Assembly (NCBI RefSeq): GCF_006345805.1
Contig: NC_043006.1
Span: 37,200,001 to 37,264,000 of the forward strand
Reading direction: 5' to 3'
Length of the DNA stretch: 64,000 bases
Source of the DNA: Octopus sinensis
Taxonomy: Eukaryota
Position numbers and translations under genes: made by a program
Shown: positions 13,733-26,300 of the stretch, one piece after another
How positions within the stretch are numbered: position 1 is the first letter of the stretch
Layout of the letters: every line of letters starts with the position of its first letter
Notes under the pieces: generated by a model
The model's database searches: none
Seen by the model: the letters and a program-made list of their open reading frames with translations, nothing else
Told to the model about the DNA's origin: nothing

Positions 13733-14246
13733 CAAGTACCAGTCAAATATTGGATTCGATTTAATCGACAGTTCGATAGTAGTTCCTTCGTGTCTCTATT
13801 AGAAACTTTATTATTAAGGCATTTGGTAAGGTAAGTTCTTTCTGCTATAGGCACAAGGCCTGAAACTTTAGGGGAGGGAGTTAGTTGATTTCATCGGCCC
13901 CAGTGTGTGACTAGTACTTATTTTCATCGACACCGAAAGGGTAGAAGGCAAAGTCGACCTCGGCGAAATTTGAACTCTTGACGTAAAGACGGACAAAATG
14001 CCGCTAAACATTTTGTCCGGCGTGCAAACGATACTACCAGCTCGCCACCTCAAAAGGAAAGACTTCCAGATCGGTGCTTCTGGACAGGCATGCTTGTGTG
14101 GTTAAGGGGCTCGCTTTACAACCACATGATTTCCGCTTCAGTCCTACTCCGTGGCATCTTCGACAAGAGTCTTCTACTGACACCCCGGGCTGACCGTGGG
14201 CCTTGTGAAGGATTCTGATGGACGGAAACTGTGAAGACGCTCGTCG

Positions 14247-14323
<77 letters not shown>

Positions 14324-14607
14324 CTGCCTGCCTGTCTGTCTGTCTGCTTGCCTGCCTGCCTGCCTATCTGTCTGTCTGTCCACCTGTGTATTTGTCCGAC
14401 TGTCCGTCCATCTGTTTCTCTATCTGTCCGTCAGTCTCTGTCTGTCTATCATGCATGTATGCACGTATATGTGTATACTTGTGTGTGTCCTTGTATTTGT
14501 GTTTATTGTCCATCACCGTTTGACAACCTGTATTAGTTTATTTATATCCCCGTAACATAACAGTTATAAATGATTACGATGGCCGATTGATATATATATA
14601 TATAGAC

Positions 14608-14677
<70 letters not shown>

Positions 14678-14825
14678 CCTAGAGCCGACCAAAGCTTTGC
14701 GAGTGGATTGGGTAGACAGAAACAGAAAGTAGCCCGTTGTATACCTACCTACCTGCACACATATATATATATATATACATGCATACATGCAGACATACAC
14801 ACACATATACACACATGTACACACG

Positions 14826-14862
<37 letters not shown>

Positions 14863-15037
14863 ACTTTGTATTTGTCTCCCTCCACCGCTTGATCCCGTAA
14901 CTTGGAGGTTCGGCGAAAAAGCTCGATAGAATAAGTACCAGGCTTAAAAGAATAAAATGAATTCTTTCGACTAAAATTCTTCAAGGTGATGCCCCAGCAT
15001 GGCCGCGGTCTAATGACTGAAACAAGCAAAAATTAAC

Positions 15038-15114
<77 letters not shown>

Positions 15115-15594
15115 TTATATATATATGAATACATAGATATATGTATGTATATACGTAGACATATGTATATACATACATATATCTATGTATACACACACAC
15201 ACGCATACATATATATTCTTTTATTCTTTTACTTGTTTCAGTCAAATGACTGCGGCCATGCCGGAGCACCGCCTTTAGTCGAACAAATCGACTTCCAGGA
15301 TTTATTCTTTGTAAGCCTAGTACTTATTCTACTGGTGTCTTTTGCCGAACCGCTAAGTTACAGGGACGTAAACACACCAAGATCGGTTGTCAAGCGACGG
15401 TGGTGGTGGTGGTTGTGGTGGTGGTGGTTGTGGTGGTGGGGAGGTCAAACACAGACATACAAACATATATATATATATACAACGGACCTCTTTCAGTTTC
15501 CGTCTAACAAATCCACTTGCCCATGATGCCATGCAGAGGGACTGAACCCGGAACCATGTGGTTGGGAAGCAAGCTTCTTACCACACAGCCACGC

Positions 15595-15632
<38 letters not shown>

Positions 15633-16595
15633 CCATCTACCTACCTATCTCTCTCTATCTCTATATACATACAACGGGCTTCTACACAGTTTTCGTGTAC
15701 CAAATTCTGTCGCAAGTCATTTGTCGGTCCGAGGCTATAGCAGAAGACACTTATACAATATGAGAATTTATTTTAGCGATCTCGGGAAATTGAAAGGTAA
15801 ACGTGACATCGGAGAGATTTGAACTGCAAAGATAAAGATCTGCGACAAATACCGCATGACATTTTGTTTGACGCCCTGAACGAGTTTTCTAACCCTCCGC
15901 CCCCTTGATAGTTATCTAAAAATAAATAATCTAAAATTGAAGTCTGAAACGAAATACTACGGTAACGAGGTTGTTGGCTGGTTGGTTGGTTGTCTTGTTG
16001 ATCGGTTGATGGCCTTGTCGTCAGGTGGGTGGATTGATGTAGGCGTTGATCAGGAAATGTGATAGTCTTTGATGAATTAAATGGCAAATGACCTTGGAAT
16101 TGTTCAGCTGATGATAAAAATAAAATCTTTCCAAAATGTCATCATCAGAGTGGAACTAAAACTGGTTATTTTTCTTTTACACAACTGGATTATACTTATC
16201 ATTGTATCACTGTATCGGCCAGATTAGCGGATGTGATTATACACTGCTCGTCACAATGCGCTTCCTCGCATCGTCGTAGCTTTCGAATGATGCCATCCCT
16301 GGTCGCTAGGCGGGCAGACAAACATTCCTCCTGAACAGAATGGCAGTCCACCGTGGCTTATTCATTTAAAGCTGAATGAACTGGATCAACGTAAAATGAA
16401 GTGTTTTAATCAAGAACACAACGCGCCGCCCGGTCTGGGAATCGAAACAGCAATCGCAAGATCGAGAGTGAATTACCTTTGCCCATAGAACACGCGCCTT
16501 CACTGGGTTATACTCTTAGCTGAACGATAAATAGATTGGTAGGTAGATAGAACAGTAAAATATAACAACTAAGGATGATACACTTTGATGCTTTC

Positions 16596-16720
<125 letters not shown>

Positions 16721-16919
16721 CCTGTCTGTCTGTTTGTCTACATAGTTGGAATTTATAGTAAAACAAAAGAAGACAAGTGTATGAACAACAAACAGATGTA
16801 TTAGTTTGATGCTCGGGAAAAAGGAAAAAAGTATTTTGTTTCGAGCCTATGCTCTTCAACAGAAAGGAATTAGAGAAAATAAACAGAGAGAGAATAAGAA
16901 AAACCTTGTAGATTAGCGC

Positions 16920-16954
<35 letters not shown>

Positions 16955-17119
16955 GTATGAGTGCATAAGGATATAAAATCCAGACAAATGATATGAAATC
17001 CTTACAAGTACTCTACAATAATCCAGATTCTGGCTAATTTAGGATATCACATCCTAAGATATCTATGTAGGAGAAACACGTGTCGTACAATCTTTTAAAG
17101 AGAATATATCATGTATGAC

Positions 17120-17162
<43 letters not shown>

Positions 17163-17963
17163 CTTTGTGGGTGTACAATTCTCCGTCCTTATTATATTAA
17201 TTACAGAGAGAGAAAGAGAGAGAGAATGATGAATTCTTCTTATAGCTAGTCTTTATTACGCTGACTGAAACCTCTATAAAAATTTCGGAGCGTAAGTTAG
17301 AAAACATCCATGGGTTAGAAACGAATCCCTGTTTAAAAAATGTCAAAATTATCTGAAAGTTACTTTTTTATTATCTTACTAAATTTCCCTTCCCTTCTTT
17401 AGAAAACTGTCTTATTAATTTCAATTAATTTTATTATTATCGTCTTCCATATTTTTCAAGGTTCTTTTTTAAGTATTAACACTGCGTTCTTGAAGCGTTA
17501 TGTCGAGGGATTATTTTTTTTAACATAGACTCCTTCTAGCCTGATGAGGAAAGCTTAATATTTGCATTAATCTAAAGATTGTGTATATCAATGTACACAT
17601 GTAAGCAAGTTACTTATAAAATATAACAAAATAAATTATCTTTTAAGTTGTGAAACAATTTGTTGTTATATAAGAATTTCAAATGGCTAAATAAAATTCC
17701 ATCATACTATATTTCTCTCATTGAAGTGTGGACGGCATTTTCTGTTGCTCCTTCGCCGTTCTCAAAAATAGCGTTCGTAATACTTTTTCTCGTTCGGCGT
17801 AACAGCCCTTCTTGTCTTGTTATTCTCCTTGTCCTGTCTTTTACTGTTTATATTTTGTACTGTCGTTACTGTCCTGTTTTTGTTACCATTTTTACCCCTC
17901 CGCAAAAAGATCTCAAATTTTATTTAATTTGCTTTTCGCGAGAAGGAAAGTTTCTATTGAAGA

Positions 17964-18024
17964 TGCGTATCGCCTTCACCTTCGAAACGCAGAGTAGATG
18001 AAACCATGGCGACTGAAGAAGGGG
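17964..18024 (+). ncRNA. Putative non-circularly permuted hammerhead ribozyme, copy 1
   Basis: TGCG-TA-TCGCC ... CCTTC-GAAA-CGCA ... GGCGA-CTGAAGA-AGGGG. Confidence 0.6.
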
Positions 18025-18234
18025 AATTTTCCTTGTATTATTTGTCCTGTACTCTATTTTTGTTGTTGTTTAAGAAAAATGTCAAGTTCCTTGGTTTTGT
18101 GTTTATGTTTTCGTTTCTCATTGTGTTCGACGTTTTTTTTGGTGTCCTGTACCCATATATGCGTGTATATATACATGTTGAGGTAGGTATGTACATATAT
18201 GTATGTATATATGCATATGTTTTATTTATTAATT

Positions 18235-18280
<46 letters not shown>

Positions 18281-18284
18281 TATG

Positions 18285-18316
<32 letters not shown>

Positions 18317-18414
18317 TGTATGTATGTATGTATATATTATATATATACATACATACATACATCATACATATACATACATCATACATACATACATACATAC
18401 ATAAACTACATACA

Positions 18415-18498
<84 letters not shown>

Positions 18499-18679
18499 TC
18501 TCATTTGGTCAAAGTCGTATGACAACCACCGTTATATATATTTTTGTTTATTCATTACTGTTTTCAATTTCGTTTTCGTCTCTTGTATTCACATCCGTCT
18601 TGTGCGTTCACATTCCTGTCTTAACCAAGAAATCTAATGCTTACAGCTTAGTTTTTTTTCTTGGGGCTGGCCGAGTTGG

Positions 18680-18745
18680 AGCAATATCAGAATTGAACAG
18701 CCGAATTGCTATGATGATTCGGTGTCTGACTGAAGATTGAAGGCT
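18680..18745 (+). ncRNA. Putative non-circularly permuted hammerhead, divergent third example (one core A missing)
   Basis: AGCAA-TA-TCAGA ... AGCC-GAA-TTGCT ... TCTGA-CTGAAGA-ttgaa-GGCT. Confidence 0.5.
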
Positions 18746-18862
18746 TCGAATGATTTGTCTGTGTTCCGTGTTCGTCCCTTCCTGTATTTCACGTTCATTA
18801 TATATAAAAACATTCATTCTTATATATATATATATATATATATATGTATACACTGATGTATC

Positions 18863-19005
18863 ATTATATAGATATGATTATAGCAAAAGGTGTGGATGTG
18901 CTAACGGAGTAAAAATAATATGTGGTTTATAGACCTATTAGCATCTATTTCTACCATGTTCGTGTGCTTTATCCACACCCTTTGCTATAATTATATCTAT
19001 ATAAT
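18863..19005. repeat. Foldback/MITE-like element with ~35-bp imperfect inverted arms, in (TA)n
   Basis: attatatagatatgattatagcaaaaggtgtggat ... atccacaccctttgctataattatatctatataat. Confidence 0.75.
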
Positions 19006-19231
19006 TATATATGTGTATAAATAGTTACCTAAATGGTTTTAACATGCTGTCCAATAAAATCATCATTAAATCGTTTTATCCTTCATTAATTACACACACA
19101 CCACACACACACACAAACATATATATATATATATAAGTGTTTTAACACCGGCAACATGAGAGTTATATACTCCGCTACGCCATTGCAGCCACCAGAAAAT
19201 AAACAAAGCATGTACGTTAGTATATGTATTC

Positions 19232-19274
<43 letters not shown>

Positions 19275-19380
19275 TAATAATATAATATTAATAATAATAG
19301 TAATAGTAATAATAATAATAGTAATATGTGTGTGTATGTGTTTGAATGTGTGCGAGTGTGTATACACACTGATGTACATT

Positions 19381-19417
<37 letters not shown>

Positions 19418-19510
19418 CAACAATTGAGGGCAAAATTAATTAATTATTAATCAATTTCACCAAGTGTTCAGTATGCAAAGGGACCATTCAAGGCGAATTC
19501 AAATTATTAC

Positions 19511-19875
19511 ATTATATAAAAGGGCTTAGTAAAATAAATTACTTTGCCGCATACTGAACTCATTAGAAATAGCAGCTAAAAAACTTTTTTAAAGCTATTT
19601 CTAATACTTAAAGAAAATCTCTCTCATATATAGTGTTTGCTTAATTCAACTCACAAAAGTTTGGGGGTAAGGACATCGAAAAATCAAATGAACCTTAGCA
19701 TTTGATTTTTCGATGTCCTTACCCCAAACTTTGTGAGTTGAATTAAGCAAACACTATATATGAGAGAGATTTTCTTTAAGTATTAGAAATAGCTTTAAAA
19801 AAGTTTTTTAGCTGCTATTTCTAATGAGTTCAGTATGCGGCAAAGTAATTTTTTTACTAAGCCCTTTTATATAAT
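19511..19875. repeat. Near-perfect palindrome, ~180-bp arms, 8-nt loop
   Basis: 19511-19690 is the reverse complement of 19699-19875, differing only at homopolymer runs. Confidence 0.95.
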
Positions 19876-20272
19876 ATATATATATATATATATAATTATA
19901 GTATATATATATGTGTGTTGTGTGTGGGTTGTGTGTTTGTGTGTTTATGTGTGGTGTGTGTGTGTGTGTGTGTGTGTGTGTGCATTTATATATAAACCAG
20001 CACCGGTGCTATGCGGATGCAGCTCACTAGGTGCTTGTCTCTATTTCAGTGTTCATCCCAGATTTAATTATTTTAAGCACATGGCACTCTGTGAAACTAT
20101 TTCCTATCAAAGGTTGGGAAAGGAATTTTGTTCGCCTCTTTGGTTATTATTTTAACATCAACAACAATGAGAACGACAACATCTATAAAGGACTCAGAAA
20201 TCCTCGGAAGTTACAATTAACCATACAATTGAGTTAGGTCTACTTATATAGTACCAGTACATATGCATCTGC

Positions 20273-20600
20273 TGGAGGTGCATGGCTCAGTGGTTAGAGC
20301 GGTCGGGCTCAAAATCATGAAGTCGTGAGATCGTTTCCCACGACCGGGCTGTGTGTTGTGTTCTTGAGCAAGACACTTTATTTCACGTTGCTCAAGTCCA
20401 CTAAGCTGTAGAAACGAGTTGCAACGTCACGGGGGGGCCAAGCTGTATCGTCCCCTTAGCCTTTCTTTTGGATAACATCGGTGGAGTAGAAAGGAGAAGC
20501 TGGTATGCATGGACGACTGCTGGGCTGCCACGAACAAACTTCCCTGGACTCGTTCCTCGGAGGGAGAACTTTCTAGGTGCAATCCCATGGATTTTCACCC
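20273..20600 (+). mobile_element. tRNA-derived SINE (head H2, tail T3)
   Basis: A box TGGCTCAGTGGTTAGAGC and CORE-like TTCTTGAGCAAGACAC; homologous copies at 49099-49415 and 58466-58780. Confidence 0.8.
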
Positions 20601-20819
20601 CCACCACCTTTTTTTTTTTTTTACATATGGATCCAATAAAGAGACAGCTATGTGATCACTTGACGACCTAGAAATAGCAGCCGAAATATTTCCTTATCTA
20701 TCGTATTTGAAAATATTAAGGGGATTGGATAAGGGTGTCACACAGTCATCATCATCAGCAGCAGCAACGGCCGGACATTACTATGTTGAATCCTAGGACT
20801 CATAAGACCGGTTACCCGG

Positions 20820-20851
<32 letters not shown>

Positions 20852-22142
20852 CGAGGGGCGTTCAATAAGTAATGCCCCTGACCCACTTCCCATAGCAGTA
20901 GAGCAACGAAACTTGGCACAGTTATTAGTCTTTTTCTACATAGGAACCACTCAGAGTTACACATTTCTCCTATCGTTTGATGCAACTCTGGAGACCGTTT
21001 TTGTAGAAGACCCCAGCTTGGTCCTCCAACCACGACGTGACTTCAGAAATCAAGGCTGCATCATCTGGTAAACACTTTCCTTTCAAAAACAACTTCATGG
21101 CTGGGAAGAGGTGAAAATCAGAGGGTGCAAGGTCAGAAGAGTAGGGGGATGGGGGAGGAGTTAATAGCCGCACGCCTGTGCTTCTGATCTGGCGACACGC
21201 GAGTTGTAGACCGAAGCGTTGTCCTGCAGGAGGAGGATGCCTTTGCTGATCTTGCCCCGCCTCTTGATTTTGATAGCTTCTCTTAATTTCCTCAAAAGTG
21301 AAGCATAATAGGCTCCTGTAATTGTGGAACCCTTTGCCAGGAAATCTGTCATCACTACTCCGTCTGGTCCCAGAAGACTGTGAGCATGACCTTGCCAGCG
21401 GAGGGTTGCACCCTTGCCTTCTTTGGAGGAGGTGAGTCACGGTGCTTCCACTGCATTGACTGGGCTTTGGTCTCTGGATCATAGTGATGGACCCAGGTTT
21501 CATCCTGTGTAATCAGTCTTTTGAAAAATTTTGACTCATCTTCTTGGCACATCTCCAAATTCATCCTCGAGCACTCGACGCGTTCTTGCTTCTGGAAAGG
21601 TGTGAGCAACCTGGGAATCCATCTGGCAGACACCTTTTGCATATGCAAATGGTCATGAATGATAGTTTCCACAGACCCGGTACTAAACTTGACCTCATGG
21701 GCTATTTGGCGAATAGTTATGCGTCGATCTTCCAAAATGGCAGCCTCAACTTGACGGACAGATGCCTCATCAATGGCAGAAGGGGGGTGACCAGATCTGG
21801 GAGCTGTTTCCACAGAGTTCCAACCATGTTTGAATTCATGATGCCAGCGTTTTACAAGGTCATATGATGGGGCATCATCACCATAAGTTACTTTCATTTC
21901 ATCAAAAGTCTCCCGTGGTGTGCGTCCTTTCAAATACAAAAACCAGATCACTGCTCGACACTCAACAGGCTCCATTTCACACTTGACTCGGTTCAAACAC
22001 CTGTAAATCAGAAACCACAATTAGTTCAGAGCTGTAATTTGCCACTTAATCTATAGAGATATAAATAATTGCACATGTAAATTTTCAGCTAGATCAAACA
22101 ACTGCAAGTGGGTCAGAGGCATTACTTATTGAACGCCCCTCG
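20852..22142 (-). mobile_element. Full-length mariner transposon (1291 bp), probably irritans subfamily
   Basis: 37-bp TIRs CGAGGGGCGTTCAATAAGTAATGCC(C/T)CTGACCCACTT with one mismatch; TA target duplication at 20850-51 and 22143-44 inside (TACA)n. Confidence 0.95.
20925..21975 (-). pseudogene. Mariner DD34D transposase, disrupted by about two frameshifts and a premature stop
   Basis: MEPVECRAVIWFL..., WIPRLL, TQDETWVHHYDPETK, LLLQDNA, YSSDLAPSDFHLFP spread over three frames; KR*EKC near the C-terminus. Confidence 0.93.
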
Positions 22143-22153
22143 TACATACATAG

Positions 22154-22192
<39 letters not shown>

Positions 22193-22193
22193 A

Positions 22194-22263
<70 letters not shown>

Positions 22264-22489
22264 GCAGGAGTGGCTATGTGGTAAGTAGCTTGCTTACCAA
22301 CCTCATAATTCTGGGTTCAATCCCAAGGTGCACATAGTTCCGGGTTCAGTCCCAAGGTGCCACATGCTAGAAATAACAACCAATTTTTTTTTTTTTTAAA
22401 GTAAGTAGAATAGAAATAGCAGAACACAGGAATAGAAGAACAAATGAAGCAGTAATCCGAAGCACGAACTGGATTTAGTTGATTCACTT

Positions 22490-22855
22490 TCATTGACGCT
22501 GTCACACACCGAGAAGGTCTGTATGAACACCATCATTTTCGTGGCACAAAATGATGCGCTGCTATGTCCTGTGTGATATTTTACGAACCTGTGCTTTGGT
22601 GATTGTTGCAAAGACTGCCGAAAAAGCATCCTTCATTTGTTGGGTATTCTTGTATCGCTTATGTGAAACTCTCTCCTTGATAATACCCCCACAGAGCATT
22701 ATCGCAAGATTGGACTTCTGGGAGGCCAATCGACAGGTGCCGGTTGTTGTTGCGCTCTTCGACCTATCCATCTATCTCGATAAATTTCATTTAGGAATTT
22801 CTGGACAGTAATAAACAATATGTAGGGGGTAACAAGACTTTCGGACCACCCTGTA
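22490..22855 (-). mobile_element. Internally deleted Tc1/mariner-superfamily remnant
   Basis: RWIGRR...WPPRSP motif and C-terminal helix; TIR-like TACAGGGTGGTCCGAAAGTC at the right end. Confidence 0.7.
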
Positions 22856-23127
22856 CTTTGGCAACCGAGCGATTGGTAAAAGTAGAAGCTTTTGTCACTT
22901 AAATCCAATGACGTACAAATTTCTCACAGTCGTTTCATTTCTTCATCCGTTTTGTATTTCATTACGTCACATGGCGATGTTAACTCGGAACACTCAGGGT
23001 GAATGTGAGACGGCTATCATCTAACAACATGAGGCAATCATCATATATTTACGTATGTATGTATGTATGTATGTATGTATGTATGTATGTATGTATGTAT
23101 GTATGTATGTATGTTATCGTCAGATTA

Positions 23128-23675
23128 CTTTCGAGTGCTACTGGTAACATGTAACCCAGTACAACTTGTTGCATGGTCGGGTCGTCGGCGACTAAACCGG
23201 CAACCCCACCAAGCTTGCTTGGTCAGGAGGGTGCTTATTGGACACCCTGCGGGATGAAAAACAAAACCCGTCAAAGGGCGGAGGAACTCTTGAGAGTCAA
23301 CGGTCATCCAATAAATGTCTTAAGGCTGTATCATGCGCGGGGACAGAAATAATCGGACTGAATACCCGATCGCGCGGTTAAACCATTGGGAGTGAAGGAC
23401 TCCTAGCCTTTGTTAGGGCATCCTTCTAGAAGGTAACTCAGGTAACTGGGATAACTCCGACATAAAAAAACTGCGGCTCAGTGGTTACCGATGATGTTGA
23501 CTTGTTCTTCTTTTCGGATTATGGCTGCTGTTGCTTAGTGAGTGGGATTGACTCAGTGCACAGCCTTTCCTCACTTTAAAAAGAATCTTCTTGCACAGGC
23601 ATTGCACGATAACAACATTGATTAAGCTTCGTGCAATGGCCATACTCGATAACGAGGGGGCAGCCACCATGTATG
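23128..23675 (+). mobile_element. Family D retroelement, copy 2
   Basis: Aligns with 590-1140 over its full length; flanked by (TATG)n. Confidence 0.7.
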
Positions 23676-23949
23676 TATGTATGTCTCTTCTATTTTTTAA
23701 TTATTAAATCTTCCACTGCGGAGGGAGCCGGTTTGCAAGGAATGTAGAAGGCTCCATATTTGGGATGTAGTTAACTCAGACAAATTCACATTTAGAACTT
23801 TAATAAAGACTTGCATATTTTTACTGTATGTATGTATGTATGTATGTATGTATGTATGTATGTATGTATGTATGTATGTATGTATGTATGTATGTACTTT
23901 TGACGTCAGAAGGATTTAATAAAATTTCGAGCGAGCGTGAAGTTATTCT

Positions 23950-24190
23950 TTTTGGAATTGTGGATTTCGAAGCACACATAAACCTATAAACCACACCATG
24001 TAAATACTGGGTTGGAAAAAACCCTTTCAGTTAAAATGAAAGTGGAAGGCTGCTCCTGAGACACGAACCTGTCTATAGAAGTTGTGGGTTCGTATCCCTC
24101 CACTTTTCCTATCCAAACAGTTTTTTCAACCCATATTTACATGCTATTGTTTATAGCTTTATGTGTGCTTCGAGATCCACTATTCCAAAA
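23950..24190. repeat. Foldback/MITE-like element, long imperfect hairpin
   Basis: ttttggaattgtggatttcgaagcacacataaa... / ...tttatgtgtgcttcgagatccactattccaaaa; inner pairings gtggaagg/ccctccac and acgaacc/ggttcgt. Confidence 0.8.
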
Positions 24191-24534
24191 CATAATATAT
24201 ATAGGCGTGGCTGTGTGGTAAGAAGCTTGCTTTCTAACTACATGGATCAGGGTTTTAGTCCCACTACGTGGCACCTTGGGTAGGTGCCTTCTACTATAGC
24301 CTCAGGCCAACCAAAGCCTTGTGAGTGGATTTGGTAGACGGAAACTGAAAGAAGCCCGTAGTCTTTGCGTCTGTGATTGTCCCCACACCACCGCTTGACA
24401 ACCTGAACCGCGGGAATGTAAACACGGATGTAAACGCGGGGATGTAAACACACCAATATCGGTTGTCAAGCAATTGTGGAGTGGGGACAAACACAGACAC
24501 AAACACAAATATATACATACATACAAATATATAT

Positions 24535-24565
<31 letters not shown>

Positions 24566-24859
24566 TATATATGGAAGTTTTGATTTATATATATATATAA
24601 TATATATTTACGATGGGCTACTTTCACTTTCCGTCTACCATATATGTGTATGTATGTATGTATGTATGTATGTATGTATGTATGTATGTATGTATGTATG
24701 TATGTATGTATGTATGTATGTATGTACAGCCTGTATCTATTTATAGTCGATGTCTATTTATAGTGTACATCATCAGTTTGTGTCTAATAGAAAAACACCA
24801 ATTACGGAAACCCACGCACTCCTCAAACACCATTAACGCCCATGCGAATTGTCTCTGTC

Positions 24860-24893
<34 letters not shown>

Positions 24894-25211
24894 ACTTTCT
24901 TACATACACCTGTGAACACACACACACACACATGCAGACCAGCGAAGAAGCCTCTAGGTAATTGTTTGATCTGCTAGAAATAGCATTTAAATTCGACTCC
25001 ATACCATATGTTATGTTAATAGCTAAAAGGAAGGACACATCGGTTAATGTAGTCCTAGATATACTATTCCCGGGAAAAAGGAAACAGAACAGAAATAGAG
25101 CTGGTTACATTCTGAGGCCCTTCGATCAATAGGTTTGATCGATTTACGCTCATGTTGTACAAAACAGTAACGCACACGCGCGCACACTCACACACAGGTA
25201 CACACACACAG

Positions 25212-25245
<34 letters not shown>

Positions 25246-25569
25246 ACACTGTCACACATGAATACAGATAACACTCACACATACAGAGGACTGCACAGAC
25301 AGCGTCACACACACGCTCACACGTACATACATCCACACACGCAAATACAGTCACACACAAATGCAGATAGACACATACACACTCACACACACGCACACCC
25401 ATACACACATTCGCACGAACACAAGTAGTCACACACGAATATAGATAAATACACACACACATATACACACACGTACACGCAAGTGCGCTCGTGATTTATT
25501 AATGAAGATACCGGATTATTTTGCCAATTTTTTTTTTAACGGTTTTGTAAGGAAATCGAAATTTTCCCT

Positions 25570-26300
25570 TTTATCACCGTCTTCACCATCATTACCATCA
25601 TCACCATCATCATCAACATCACTACCATTACCATCATCACCGCCGCCGCCGCCACCACCACCACCACCACCACCACCACCACCACCACAACCATCATCAT
25701 CATCATCATCATCATCATCACTTTGTCGTTCGGGCTCAATAAAATAGGTACCAGTTGTGTATTAAGGTCCATGTAACCGACTATCCCCACTCCCTCAAAA
25801 TTTTCAGGTGGTGGGCCTAAAGCAGAAAGGATTACCACCACCACCACCACCACCACTACCACCGCTAACACCATCGCCACCATCACTAGAAATAGTATTA
25901 CTAACAACATTATGACCATCACTACTACTCCTACAACAACACCACCACCACCACCACCACCAACTACTTCTACTACTACCACCACCACCACCACCACCAC
26001 CACCACCACCAACTACTTCTACTACTACCACCACCACCACCACCACCACCACCACCACCATCACCACCACCACCACCACCACCACCACTACTACTACTAC
26101 TACTAAGACCACCAACATCACCATCATTACCATCACTACAAACACCATCATAGCCAACAGATCAATACCACCACCACCACCACCATTATCACCACTACCA
26201 CTACTACTATACCCTACGCACCACGACCCCCTAACGCTGTCATCACCAACGACCACAACCATCACACACCATCTCCCAATCGTCAATTCCTCTCCACCGC
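25570..26300. repeat. Compound (CAC/CAT/TAC)n trinucleotide repeats
   Basis: Direct reading; similar tracts at 11065-11270, 13020-13197 and 40140-40360. Confidence 0.95.

Noticed and set aside
17255-17332. Hammerhead-like CTGACTGA-AACC...GGTT-AGAAAC
   Set aside because: The core has insertions, and no convincing stem I or III pairing could be built.
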